From contig JAPETS010000077.1 of assembly GCA_026023565.1 (NCBI GenBank), positions 1 through 52,220 on the forward strand: a stretch of 52,220 nucleotides of DNA, written 5' to 3'. The stretch's first letter is position 1. Each line of letters begins with the position of its first letter. The notes under the pieces are model-generated. The model saw only the letters and a list, made by a program, of their open reading frames with translations. It ran no database searches and had not been told where the DNA came from. Made by a program: the position numbers and the translations under genes. The stretch comes from Cirrosporium novae-zelandiae (lineage: Eukaryota). This document shows positions 22,070 through 33,783 of the stretch, piece after piece.

Positions 22070-23420
22070 CGCTATGATAGACCTAACAAAGGTCATTATT
22101 GACTATTCTAGGCCATCTTCAATGTTGTCAAATAGCAAATGCTGACTCTAACCCTTCCTCGGCCGTATTTGTATAATTCATCTTCCAGGAAACAACAGAG
22201 TTAAGTGTTGCGACTCTTGACAATTCTGCTGCAGTCACCTTGATAAGTATGGACATTGAAGGGATACAGGACGTTTCCGTGATCTTCACGAAGTCTGGGT
22301 AGATATGATCGAAGTTGGACCTGCTAGCTGGTTGTTGAAGCAAAAACCCAGCGCTGCTTTCGTTACACCTATTGTCGTCTTGCTATGCGTCCTGGCGGCT
22401 CTCCGCTTGGGAGAAATCATTGACAAACGATAGTAAGTGTGGATGAAGAAGATTCGACAAAGAGTTGAGCTTATCGCAAATATGATCTCGAATATGACGA
22501 ATCCGAAGATGTCAGGACCTGTGACGCAGTTAGCCGGTCTTCTTCAAACACTATGAATAGAGAAACTCAAACCGGCACGCCAATTCCACCTACTCACAGT
22601 AATCTCGACTGTCATTGCGCTCACACTGCTGTTGCTGACACTGGTAATCAAGTTTACGGTCACATGCCAGAACGTAACAGCGATGATCTTCACGTTATTG
22701 TATTGCGTTTGGTGTCTAATCCGTTAACACAGCTATTTCAGCCCGTTCCTTAAACCTTATCCGCCTTTGTCTCTTGACTGTATAGAGCGATCTCTTGAAT
22801 CAAGTTCCCGCCTCGATAGTCGCGAGTTGACTGGGGCCAAAGCAGCTGCTTCATATAATAAAGCTGACAGCTTCCCATCACTATCCGGTATTTTGGATGC
22901 TTTTAATCCCAAAGAAAACTCATCATAGAAGGATGTATGTTGCCATAACCCGTGCACCATATGTACACACAGGCCTAGTCATTTTCGATGGCATGTTCAG
23001 CGGTCTCGATGCTGTCTTAGAAGATCATGTATTTCGCAAATTATTCGGTTTGCAAGGTCTACTTCGACGTAGTAGATCTGTTGTTGTATGTGCACTTACG
23101 CTATTAAGCATCTGCGATCTGCCAGTCATGTCATCGTGTTTGAAGCTGACGGAAATGCTATTGAGAAAAGAACTTTGAAGTTACTCACGAAAAACGAGAA
23201 TTATGGTTAGTCTTGGCTTCGGGGCCTTCAATAGAAATCAAAAAGTATCGACGCGTCCTCTATGAATAATGCTACGCAAAATCCTTCGAAAAAAATAAAC
23301 ACACGTTGCAGAAAATAAAATTTCAGCAAGAAGGCTTGACGATATATCCGTGTATCGTCATTATTTCTCAACTCTGGGCTATATTTCACTTGTAACTATC
23401 ATCACATTGGATATGTTATT
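22070..23420 (+). pseudogene. ABCC/MRP-type ABC transporter pseudogene with stops, frameshifts and large deletions
   Basis: Collinear fragments in shifting frames: AVTLISMDIEGIQD; KRVELIANMISNMTNPKMSG; NPLTQLFQPVP; LDCIERSLESSSRLDSR; VAITRAPY..LVIFDGMFSGLDAVLEDHVFRKLFGLQGLLRR (Walker B/D-loop region); RRLDDISVYRHYFSTLG (start of TMD2). Boundaries are approximate. Confidence 0.82.
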
Positions 23421-26400
23421 TGACATTCTTTTTTTGTGTTCCTGTCTAGCTTAAATTCTGGAGTATCGGGAAGAGCTGAACGTTACTCGAGACTCGGGTT
23501 GGCACAGTAACTAGATTGAACCCCTTTTCCAAGACCGTGAAAGTGAGAAGCTGCCAAGGGAGATGAATATGCCATCGGAATAATGATCCTAACATGGTGT
23601 AATCGGGATTGATGTTTCGGCTTTCTGTGATACCGAAAATGGCACCTACTACAAATGAGGCGAATGGAATAACATGGCGTGTTGCCGCTCAATGACTAAC
23701 GAATGCGCTGATACAGCGTATTATGCAAATGGAGTTTGAAGATTATACCCTGGTTAAGTTTGCGTACTAGTTGAACACTAGTTGGATGCTATCGTAGAGT
23801 GGTGTATATACAATATTTACACTACATTCTCCTGAAAGCACAGGAATAAATCCCGCAAGTTTGAAAGTCATCCACTTACACCTACATTACATCTACATAT
23901 ACCTCTTCTATTCTGCCTCAAGGCCAAAGCCTTCCATTCCAAAGCCATTAATACCAGAGCCACCCGTACCGGAATTTTCAACTTCTCAACTTTCCATTAA
24001 ACCATCCACCATCTCTCCTCCTACTCCTTCTCCTCGGAACCCCTCAAATCAATTACACATATCTTTCGTTATCAAGAGCCCCAAACCAGATCCATAGTAG
24101 GCTAGATGATTGATTTCAGACAGCCCCAGACATCACATTCCTCGCCCAATAACATCGAACTTCTAAAAGTTCTAGTTGGGTCAGCTATGCTAGAGACATG
24201 ATAGCCTCAAGCTGCTATGAATCAAACGTCATCGGCAAAGGAAACTGGAAGTCAAGAACTATTAAACAAGTAGCACCGTTGGTGCGTGTTATTGGTGGCA
24301 ATACAACACAATACAACAGATAAGGTATAATGATCTAAATTTTGGTTGGGATTAAGCATATAATTTACTTGGGACTTCAATATTAACATTGGTGCCGTCG
24401 CGTTTAGCTTGTTTTCGTGTCTCATGATATTGTCTGCTTGCTTTGCTTCTGGTTTCTATAGCTTGTTGTTTGGTGGTATAGGCTAGAGTTGGGTTTGGTC
24501 TACATTTGAAATTTGGTGGTAAAAGTCATGACTTACCAGGTTGATGGATTGACAGAACGTTGCTGGGAATACCAACGTCGTCCATGAAGGAACAGAACAC
24601 ATAAGTTACTGTGTGTGTGATTGGCATGGGGGAGATTGAAGGAGATGCACTAGCGTTTGAAACCTTACTTTTTCCACGTGTTAATAGAAAGTTAAAACCA
24701 ACGTGACTGGCAATTAACCGGGTACTTTGGTACGGATTACGAGGCAGGTAAATAGTAGAAATCCTAGAGATATGATATATATTTTCTGTCATTGTTAACT
24801 GGATCCTTTTGGTAAGTCTTGTACCGCTATGCTTCGACGCTTCGTGGCGGAGAATAGATACGTATAGAGGCTGTGCATGAACAGTAGTTCTTGACGGAGA
24901 TATTCCCGATTAAGCTTAGGTTATTTAGACTTGTTTAGACTTACTCGAGTACCCAGTCCCTTTATGAGACTTGGGTCAGGTTCAGGAACAATACGTCTCA
25001 TTCTAGGGTGGTCGTTGGGCTGAAGACGCAGCACGCACAGGCCACTTAGGGTCTAGATCCTGTGGAGATCCTAGCCACCGTAACATCCACCTGACGTCGG
25101 TTTAATATTTAAACTCCATCTTTCTCCACTAATCTCAATTAAGTGTCTCCGTGGTGATAACCGACTGATAATCACAGAGAATAAATTACACTTGCAGATG
25201 GAATGGCCTATTATTTGCTACCTACAATAGGGTTGTATTTCGGTCCTTTACTAGACGGCAGCCAATGACAACAAAAGTGAATTTTGATAGATCTGCATAA
25301 GAGAGAGTGGAAAAAAGGAGAAAGAAACAAACAAGCAAACAAAGAAAAAGAAACCCAAAAAGAGAAGAAGCTTTGGAATAGTGAATACGTTTCCCCTTGA
25401 AATCTATCGAACGTGGTGATAGTATACTGGACTGCCCTCGCGAAGAGCCAAGATACACTAAAACGATTCCATTGAAGATTTCCCTGATTGTGCATTGTGT
25501 ATGCTCCCAACTACATTAAACTTGACTATCGAGGGCATGGTGGCACCTTAATGCTGGAAGTTGCTCGCTGGACACATCGTGAATACTCTAACTCGCTAGC
25601 TTCTTGTCGCATAGGAGAGCACTCTCACTCGAGAACGCGACCCCGACTGCGAATAGTGGTTTGACCTTGGTTTTGCTGGTTGTCGCTATGGAGAGGTGTT
25701 AGGACTTGACACTTCGCAACGTTGACAGCTGTAAATGAAGTGGACGGATACCCTTCTAGAATCGCCTGAGCAATTGCTTACGTACCTTTACCTTCCTATA
25801 CTATTTTGGTAGCAGCGGAATTTCCTGTTTTGGACATATATCCAAGGGTCGGAGAGTTTTAAGGACACTGGCCTGTTTGGTGTGGATGTTTGAACACGTT
25901 TCAACATGTTCCACTGCGTTTGTAAACTTTATATTGAAATTTTATGATGATGATCATTAATCCTGGGGGCAGCCACCGATGCCCAAGCATGGCAGCTCCG
26001 CCTCTGGGGGTCTTGGTGGCACAACAGCCCCCCCGCCCCCGCCGTGCCAGGACTCCGTGAGCGGCTCTAATTCGGAAGCTCCCGAGCTCCCCGCTTACTA
26101 TGCCGCGTCATTGCTACTCCACAGAATGACAGTACTCTCTCACACGTTCACAGTCGTGGTTTATCTAATCAATATCTGAGTAACTATCTACTTCCTTAAT
26201 CCCTGCATCATGCAACCCTTCTCTCCTCCTCCAGAGGCTTTACCTCTGTAATTCAACGACACATGATACCTTCTCAACTGTCCCTAGCTGGATTCCAGGA
26301 TATACGTCCTCTTGTACACCGCCATGATTCGTTATCGGCCACTTTAAACCAAACATCAATGAACCATTAAGGATGGCAATCTCATACGCCGTGAAGGCCG

Positions 26401-26508
26401 TCCAGGTTTTTATATACCAGCTTCTTTTCCTTTCCCTCTCTATTCCACCTTATCCAATTCATCCCTGTGCAACAATCTCATAGTCTCATACTTATTTGAG
26501 CTTTCACA

Positions 26509-28434
26509 ATGCGTTTGACCGGTGCTTTCTTGCTGCCTCTGGCGGCTTCTGTGGCCTCAGCAGCCACAGCCACTTCGGACTCATCTATGCCCTCCGTTAC
26601 GCTCGATTACTGCACTGTCGCCGCCACCGCTGGTAGCGACTCGATCGGCTACTATAAATACCAAAACATTCGCTTTGCTGCCGTCCCCACTGGAGACCTG
26701 CGCTGGGCTAAACCTCAGTCGCCTCCAACTGAGACTGCTGTCAACGATGGAAACTTGGCTGATTCCGACGTCGACTGCTCTGCCGAGGAGGACTGCCTCT
26801 ACTTGGATGTTTGGGCCCCTGCCAACAGTGAGGGCAAGAACCTTCCAGTTATGGTTTGGACGTATGGCGGTGGATTCACCGGAGGCAGCAAATCTCAAAA
26901 CACCCCCGAGGGCCTCTTCAACTTGACCACCGACTTTATTTTTGTTGGTTATAACTACAGACTAGGCATCACCGGCCTAGCCAGCAACCCTACCCTATTG
27001 CACCAGGGAGGTACCTCCAACTTGGGCCTTTGGGACTCTCAATATGCCTTCCAATGGGTCAAGAAGTACATTAGCTCCTTCGGTGGTAATCCCGATGAGA
27101 TTACTGCTGTCGGATTTTCTGCTGGTGGTTCTCAAGTTATATTCCAGATAACTGTATGCTACCTATTCAGGACCCCCCTTTTTTTTTTAGTAGATTCCGT
27201 TATATTAACGTGTTTACCTTTTTAGCGCTTTGCCGGTCATGCCGAACAGCTCTTCAACCGCGCCTATATCATGTCTCCTGGATATGTACCTGGCGCTGGC
27301 CACCACCACGGAGAGGTAAATTTGCCTTTTTACCTTGTATGAATCATGAAAGCGGTGAACCTAATATTTTTTTTTTTATAGATGTTCTGGCAGAACGTCT
27401 CATCTGCTGCTGGTTGCGATGGCGGCAATTTGGACTGTATGCGCTCAGTTGACTTTGACACACTTACCACCGCTGCCAGCGATGTTGAAGACACCTATGA
27501 CTACCAATTCCAGCCTCGCGTCGACGGTGACTTTGTAGCTGATACCTGTAAGCTTCGGTTTCTACGCTTTTTTTTGACCACTCACTAACTGCATATTCAA
27601 AACAGACGAAGCCCAGCTTTACCAGAAACGCTTCAATTTCAGCGGTCCTTTGGTCATCAGCCATGAGCAGCATGAAGCCAACGGTCAATCATACGACGGG
27701 GTCGATACTACCGCAGACGTTTCGACTTACCTGAGAATCTTCTTCCCTGCCATCACCGATGATGTTGTGGAAGAGCTCCTAGAGCTTTACCCCGAATCGG
27801 ATTACTCGAGCCCTGGCTTGCGCTTTTCCGACATGAAGCAGTCGTTTGATTTAACTGGCAAGAACTTGGCACTTACCCATGCTCTCAACAACCAGACATG
27901 GAATGCTATGGTTGCTTTGGATTCAGCAACCCATGGTACTGATCAGAGCTACTACTGTAAGGTTCTCTCACTAGTGGCAAATTTGCACTCTTAGCTAATT
28001 TATACGATGAAATACAGGGTACAGCACCTCCACCCTTTCCTCCTCAAGCAGCTCCAGCAGCAATTCTTCTACAGTTGCTTCCCGCGACATTGGTGCCACC
28101 AACTCCACCTCTAGTACCAACTCCACCAGCTCCTCTGGCTCCATGAGTAGCAGCTCTTCGGTTGATTCCACAATTGCTGTAGGTTACCATTGACTCTTTT
28201 CTTCATTTACCTTGCTGACGCGTATGTATATAGATCAAAATGCAGAAATACCTACTCTCCTTTGTCCTGACCGGCAATCCCAACACCAAATGGGCTGATG
28301 ACAAGCTCTACTGGCCGTTATATGGAAACACTTCTACAGGTACCCAGCTGGTCTTCAACACCACCTTCTACCTTGAAGCGGATGACCTGGCCAACGCTAA
28401 GAGCTTGTACTGGAACAAGGCGCTCTGGTACTAA
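26509..28434 (+). CDS. Secreted type-B carboxylesterase/lipase (~537 aa); exons 26509-27153, 27226-27315, 27382-27547, 27606-27956, 28018-28178, 28234-28434
   Basis: Signal-peptide-like N-terminus; NIRFAAVPTGDLRW, EDCLYLDVW, oxyanion YGGGF, NYRLG, FGGNPDEIT, nucleophile GFSAG, acid HEAN and His in ATHGTD. Five GT-AG introns keep the frame. Confidence 0.93.
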
Positions 28435-31000
28435 GCCAATCAAAGCGGACAGTGGTATGATGGACGGAGAGAAATGACAGGCATAATGCCATTATTCAAA
28501 AACTGAAAAGGTGTTACGTGTTTTTTTTTTGTTTTTTTCTTCGTATGCAGGCCCGCAATTCTAGTGATGGGAATAAGGGAATATGGAAATATGGAAATAT
28601 GGAGTAGATCGGCCAGACCGAAGGTGTCTCCCTCAATGTGGTCGGTCTGTAGATCGGGGGGCTTGGTCTGGTCTAGTCTACGGAGTATATCCCGATTAGG
28701 TAAACAATCAAAAATTTTCGCCGCCCGCGGAGTAAGATTGAAACGTCTTTATGACAAATGTTCAATCTTATTTCCATGTAACTATCGTCTGAGCTATGTA
28801 TGGTTGACTATCTAATCTGATCCAAATCAAATTGGTCACCTTGTCATGAGCCATGAATCATAAATCATTATATAAGTACCATTCTTGGTAATTATTTTAA
28901 ATTATGGTATATTTATCATGTGCGTCCAATATTCGAGTCGAACTACAAGTAGCTATGGTGGCCATAGTCTGATCAGTTTCTGCTTCTACGAAAAAGCTTG
29001 GTTTATTTGATCTAATCTACTCCATTCACTGGTCTGCATTCCCACTTGCCCATTCTTTCGTTTTGTCCGCATGCAGTTGTACTCAATACTTCTAGAGTTG
29101 TACTTTTAGTAGTTAGGCCGCTTAGAGAATTTCAGCTGTGGTAGCTACATACATGTATTTCTCCTACCCTCTTACTCGCATGTGTTTCTAATTCCTAAAC
29201 TGTGGAGGAAAACTTTTCTCCGTGGCAGACCAGGTAATCGGTCCATCTGTCTTTCGTCTCGTCAGTTAGTTGGCCATGAAAACGCAGGCTGGCAAAATTC
29301 ATCTCTACCTTCTTAGTCCATGCTCTTTGCATTAACCCGAAGGTGAACTTTGGCATTCCACGTCAGCATATGCATATACAATTTCAAGAGAAAATAAGGG
29401 TTATAGAAGCTACGTTAATCTTTTGCTAGATATTTGTTTCGCTGACACTTTCCACTCCATGGTTTATTCAGTTAAAATTGCTGATGTTACTAGCCAGCGT
29501 TTGTCATAGAGTAAGTGACCTAACATGTCTCTGTGGTAGTGCTCTACCCAACTATAGTTTTTTGAACTGCAGTTCTGCGGTGGTCTTGTTCGAAGAGCTG
29601 TCTATTGTTGAGCTACCATCGCCTTGTTTTGAAGAAAAAGTGTGCGCGGCACGTCCTACGACATAGAAAAGTTTGGCGTCCGACACAGGTAAGCTCGGTA
29701 GCAACGATTTAGAACCAGGATGACGATATGCCAGTGTATTCTCCCATCCAGTCAGCTAGTCAAACTTATCAAGGATTATTACTGCCTCCATGATGGGAAG
29801 ATTGATAATATCATCGCCGCGTTCACTACTACTAAAATCTGTGGCTATTAACTGGGCTTATTCATGACCTACATGACTCATCTCGACTCTCATACAGTGA
29901 AATAGCTAGGGAAGCGTTATCCACAGAGACGCAGAAAGCAACCCGATTGCGTGCAACACAGAAAAGCTATCAAAGTTGACTGGGTTACCGAGCAACTACC
30001 CAGTATTACAATATTATACAAGATGTATGATACAGTACGCAACTCAACAAACCCAAGTAAGGATAAGAGAAAAAAAAACGTTCGAATCCCATGAACAATG
30101 AGAGACATAACCTAACCAACCAGGTCATCGTCTTCGAGCCAGCGCAGCACCGCCTACTAGCATACATTACATATACAAAAAAGAGAACCAAATTCTAGAA
30201 AGAAATAAACATCTTACCAATCTCCCACAGGTCTGCCTCTCTCTTAGGGGTGGCACCACCATACATACATAGCCTTGCCAAAAAAAAAGCATAAAGAGAG
30301 AGAGGATTCGATGGATTGCTTCATGGTAACACGGATAAGAGATACAAGATACGAGCGAAGTTACTTTTGGAGGCCTTCAAAAATCAATTTTTGTATAGTC
30401 TATTTATACAATCAATTTATTTTTTAGGGCCTTTGGGGAAGGAAGGCCTTCAAATTGAATTGTTTAATTATTGAAAATTTGATTTTTGTTTCAAGGCTTT
30501 TTTCTCAAGACCACTTTTCTAGGTTTCGTTTTTTTGGGGGGGGGGGGTCTGGTTTGGTCGCTTTCATTTCTACAGTACCTGTCAAAAAGTAATTAATTAC
30601 GGATAACGGAATTAATTTTGAGGAAGCCGGTTTTTGCTTGCGCTTACGTGGAAAGAGAAAGGTAATTAAGATAAGGTAAGGTAAGGGTTGCTGTACTGTA
30701 TGTATATACGGTATGGGTATGGTATGATAAGAACGCAGCTAATTAGATAAATTCTCTTATCTTTTAAGATTTGGAATTTGATTCAATTGGGGCATTTACT
30801 TGTATATTGGATCGATTGTGCGACTGTACTATACAGCGAGCGCAACCAGCCAGCTTTATATCTAATTACTGTATATCTATTTTGAACATCCATTGATGCA
30901 TCCATCCAGCACCCCCTACTTCTTTTTCTTTTTCTTTTCCTTTTCACAATCCAAAAGCAAGAGAGATGAGAGAATAACATATCCCGAATTCCGAATTCAT

Positions 31001-31002
<2 letters not shown>

Positions 31003-31032
<30 letters not shown>

Positions 31033-31035
31033 AAG
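31003..31035. repeat. (AAG)11 microsatellite
   Basis: Read directly. Confidence 0.95.
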
Positions 31036-31437
31036 AAACCCCCCTCCCCCTATTTAATTGAATTCAATTTAATTAAGATCTAGGGCCTGGGCTTACCTTA
31101 CCCTAACTACAGTACCTGGGTTAACTAATTAGCTAATTAGTGGAATGCGGAGAACTAACTAACTACCTAGGTAGGTAGGTTTTGGTGGGGGGTTTTTTTT
31201 TTCTAGAATGTAAATTAATCATGTGCTGGTGGGATGTTTATTTTTATTTTTATTTTATTTTTTCTTTAGTAGGAAGAGGGGTAGGGTAGGGTAGGGTAGA
31301 TCTGAGTTGTATCTATCTACATAGGGGACGGGACCATATCCATACTGCATTGGATGAAAAAAATGACGCCCTGAATCTACCCTGACCTTTGGTAATAAAT
31401 AACCCAAAGCCACCCCCCCAACCCCACATCAACCTAC

Positions 31438-33783
31438 TCAAACCAACCCCCTCAACCCGACCTCCTCCTCAACCTCCAAAAGGCTTTCCAACGCCTCCCC
31501 AAATGACCCCTCCTCGCCCACACAAATCCCATAACTCACTTTCGCATATCCCAACGCTCTCTTGGACCATTCGTTCCCGGCTCCGAAACAGAGGTCGTAG
31601 CCGCGGGATAGGTAGACCCAGAGGGCGACGACGTGGGGGGTCATTAGACCCCATTGGGTTAGGGTGAAGGGGGGTTGTGGCGGTGGGGGTGGAGGGGGAT
31701 TTTTGGTTATTGTTTTTGTTGTTGTTGGTGGGGGTGGTGATGGTGCGCTGGTGTCTTTGGTGTCTTTGATTACAAATCCCAGGGACGTAAGAGCTCTTAA
31801 GCTAAAGGCAATAGCTTTTGATTTATTCTGAGCGAGGACGTGGATTTGTGCGAGCAGATGGTATACGGGATCCAAATGGATTCTGGGGACCTCTGTCGGC
31901 GGTTTGGTGTATGTTTGTTCGATCCCCGGAAGGAGTTCTTCGAGTTTGGTGGCCCATTGGAGTAAGGTCCAGCCTTCGGGACGCTGGGACCAGTCGCGGT
32001 CGAGGGCTTTTCGTTTTTGGAGAGTTTGGGGCGGGGTGGTTGATTGGTCGAGGCAGATTGGACAGTTGCAGGTGAAGGACCAGGTAGAGAAGATGTTGTT
32101 GTTGTTGGTGGTGGTGGTGTCGCCTTGGTCGGGGGAGACGTAGGAGAGGGTGATTTCGGTGTCGCTGGGGATGTTTCGGGAGGCGCGCACGATGTGCATA
32201 TCACCGATCCAGGAGCTTTGGACGTTGCTGTCGCAGGCGTGGTTGATGTGGCAGGCCATGATCCAGATGCCGCTGGCGGTTGAGAGGAATTCTTCTTCTG
32301 GGTCCATGTCTATGTCTGAGGAGCTGTCGCACTGTAGAAATCTAAGATATTGCTCCTTTGAGGTTCGTGGGATGGCGAATGAATTGAATTTGATCACGCT
32401 TGCGATGGAGAATGTGTCGATGGCTGGGAGTCCGCCTGTCCATGCCCAGCGGTTGGATGAGGAAAACCCGTGATATAGGGATTCGAACGCCGGAACAAGA
32501 CTTGGGTTTAGTTTAAGTTTTCGTGCTATCATGGCTATCAGTGCTTCTTGGGGTCCTCCAGTCACGCGCTCGTCGAATAAATCCACAACAACCCTAAAAA
32601 ATGTGTCATGTGTATCTTGTAGACCAGGAGAAAATGCAAAGGCCTTTTCGCATAAGAGAAGCTCACCAGCTTCAACCTTTCTTGTGGTAAACAGCCCGGC
32701 TCCCTTGCCTTGGGAATTTCGTATCTCTACTGGACCGATGTATGTCGCACAGTCCAGACATGGGGAATTCTTGGGGTTTTCAAGGGTATTGTACATGCTT
32801 TCGAAATTGTATTGGCCGCGGAGTTGCTCGTTTAACCGGGCCTGCACTTTGCGAATTTCCCCCTTGGCTACCTGATTCTTAGGATAGATCTGTAGTAGCC
32901 TTTCAAGTTTGCTTCGGCATTCTTTGAATCGTCCCAATTCATACAAAGCTTGTGCGGCACGATATAGAGCCTTCTCTGGTTGAGGTGAAGTATGCGTGGC
33001 ATCCAGGAGAGCTCCATCATAACAACCCAGACTCAGTTTTGCGAGAGATCGATTAATCATGATTGTCCTAGCTTCGTCTTTGTTTGGATTGCACCTTAGA
33101 GCTTCGCTATATTTCTCGATGGCATCTTGAAAGTCTCCAACTCCCATGGCAGCATTGCCTTTCTGTTTCCAGTCATCCACTGTTTGTACTTGACTTTTCA
33201 TTCCTAGCTGCCATTCGAGAGGTACAAGTTCGTCTGTTGATGAAAGCCAAAAAATATCATTAATATGGTCAACAGATATTGCGTAGTCGCCGAGTCGTGC
33301 GGTCAGAACCTTGAGATACGGTTCCCTAATGACACACAAGGCCCCATCTATAATTTTCTTTGGTTCGTTGTGGTATAGCTGAACTGTGATCGCATCACCA
33401 GATTCATCTTCCATGATTGTAGTGCTAGTAGACAGTAAAAATGGGCGAGTAATATTCCTGAGAAGAGTGAAAGAACCTCTATGATGAGTCTCTATGACAA
33501 GATCCTTGATCATGACTTTCCTCAAATCCGCCAACAATGCACTAGAGGGCAGATAATGCATTGGAAAATAATGAATCGGCATTTCTTCATTTATTTCATT
33601 AGATGTTATAGGTAATTCATCCTGGGATTCCTTAGACAAGAGCAGGCTCTCGTGGGCTTGCACCAACGCCGAACGAGACTTTCTACCACAAGGGTACTCC
33701 CCTTGCAGTTTACAAGCAGCAAGACGGAGAATTCTTTGAGCTTCATTCTGCTCTTCTGGAAGTTTGAAGAAAGCACAAGACAT
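31438..33783 (-). CDS. TPR + SET-domain protein (putative lysine methyltransferase), 781 aa, apparently intronless
   Basis: N-terminal ETHHRG..IREPY region; TPRs (WKQKGNAAM..AIEKYSEAL, NRSLAKL, KALYRAAQALYELG); SET motifs GKGAGLFTTRKVEAGELLLCEKAF, INHACDSN, EITLSY; post-SET FTCNCPIC. Confidence 0.9.
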   Translation of the reverse strand: MSCAFFKLPEEQNEAQRILRLAACKLQGEYPCGRKSRSALVQAHESLLLSKESQDELPITSNEINEEMPIHYFPMHYLPSSALLADLRKVMIKDLVIETHHRGSFTLLRNITRPFLLSTSTTIMEDESGDAITVQLYHNEPKKIIDGALCVIREPYLKVLTARLGDYAISVDHINDIFWLSSTDELVPLEWQLGMKSQVQTVDDWKQKGNAAMGVGDFQDAIEKYSEALRCNPNKDEARTIMINRSLAKLSLGCYDGALLDATHTSPQPEKALYRAAQALYELGRFKECRSKLERLLQIYPKNQVAKGEIRKVQARLNEQLRGQYNFESMYNTLENPKNSPCLDCATYIGPVEIRNSQGKGAGLFTTRKVEAGELLLCEKAFAFSPGLQDTHDTFFRVVVDLFDERVTGGPQEALIAMIARKLKLNPSLVPAFESLYHGFSSSNRWAWTGGLPAIDTFSIASVIKFNSFAIPRTSKEQYLRFLQCDSSSDIDMDPEEEFLSTASGIWIMACHINHACDSNVQSSWIGDMHIVRASRNIPSDTEITLSYVSPDQGDTTTTNNNNIFSTWSFTCNCPICLDQSTTPPQTLQKRKALDRDWSQRPEGWTLLQWATKLEELLPGIEQTYTKPPTEVPRIHLDPVYHLLAQIHVLAQNKSKAIAFSLRALTSLGFVIKDTKDTSAPSPPPPTTTKTITKNPPPPPPPQPPFTLTQWGLMTPHVVALWVYLSRGYDLCFGAGNEWSKRALGYAKVSYGICVGEEGSFGEALESLLEVEEEVGLRGLV

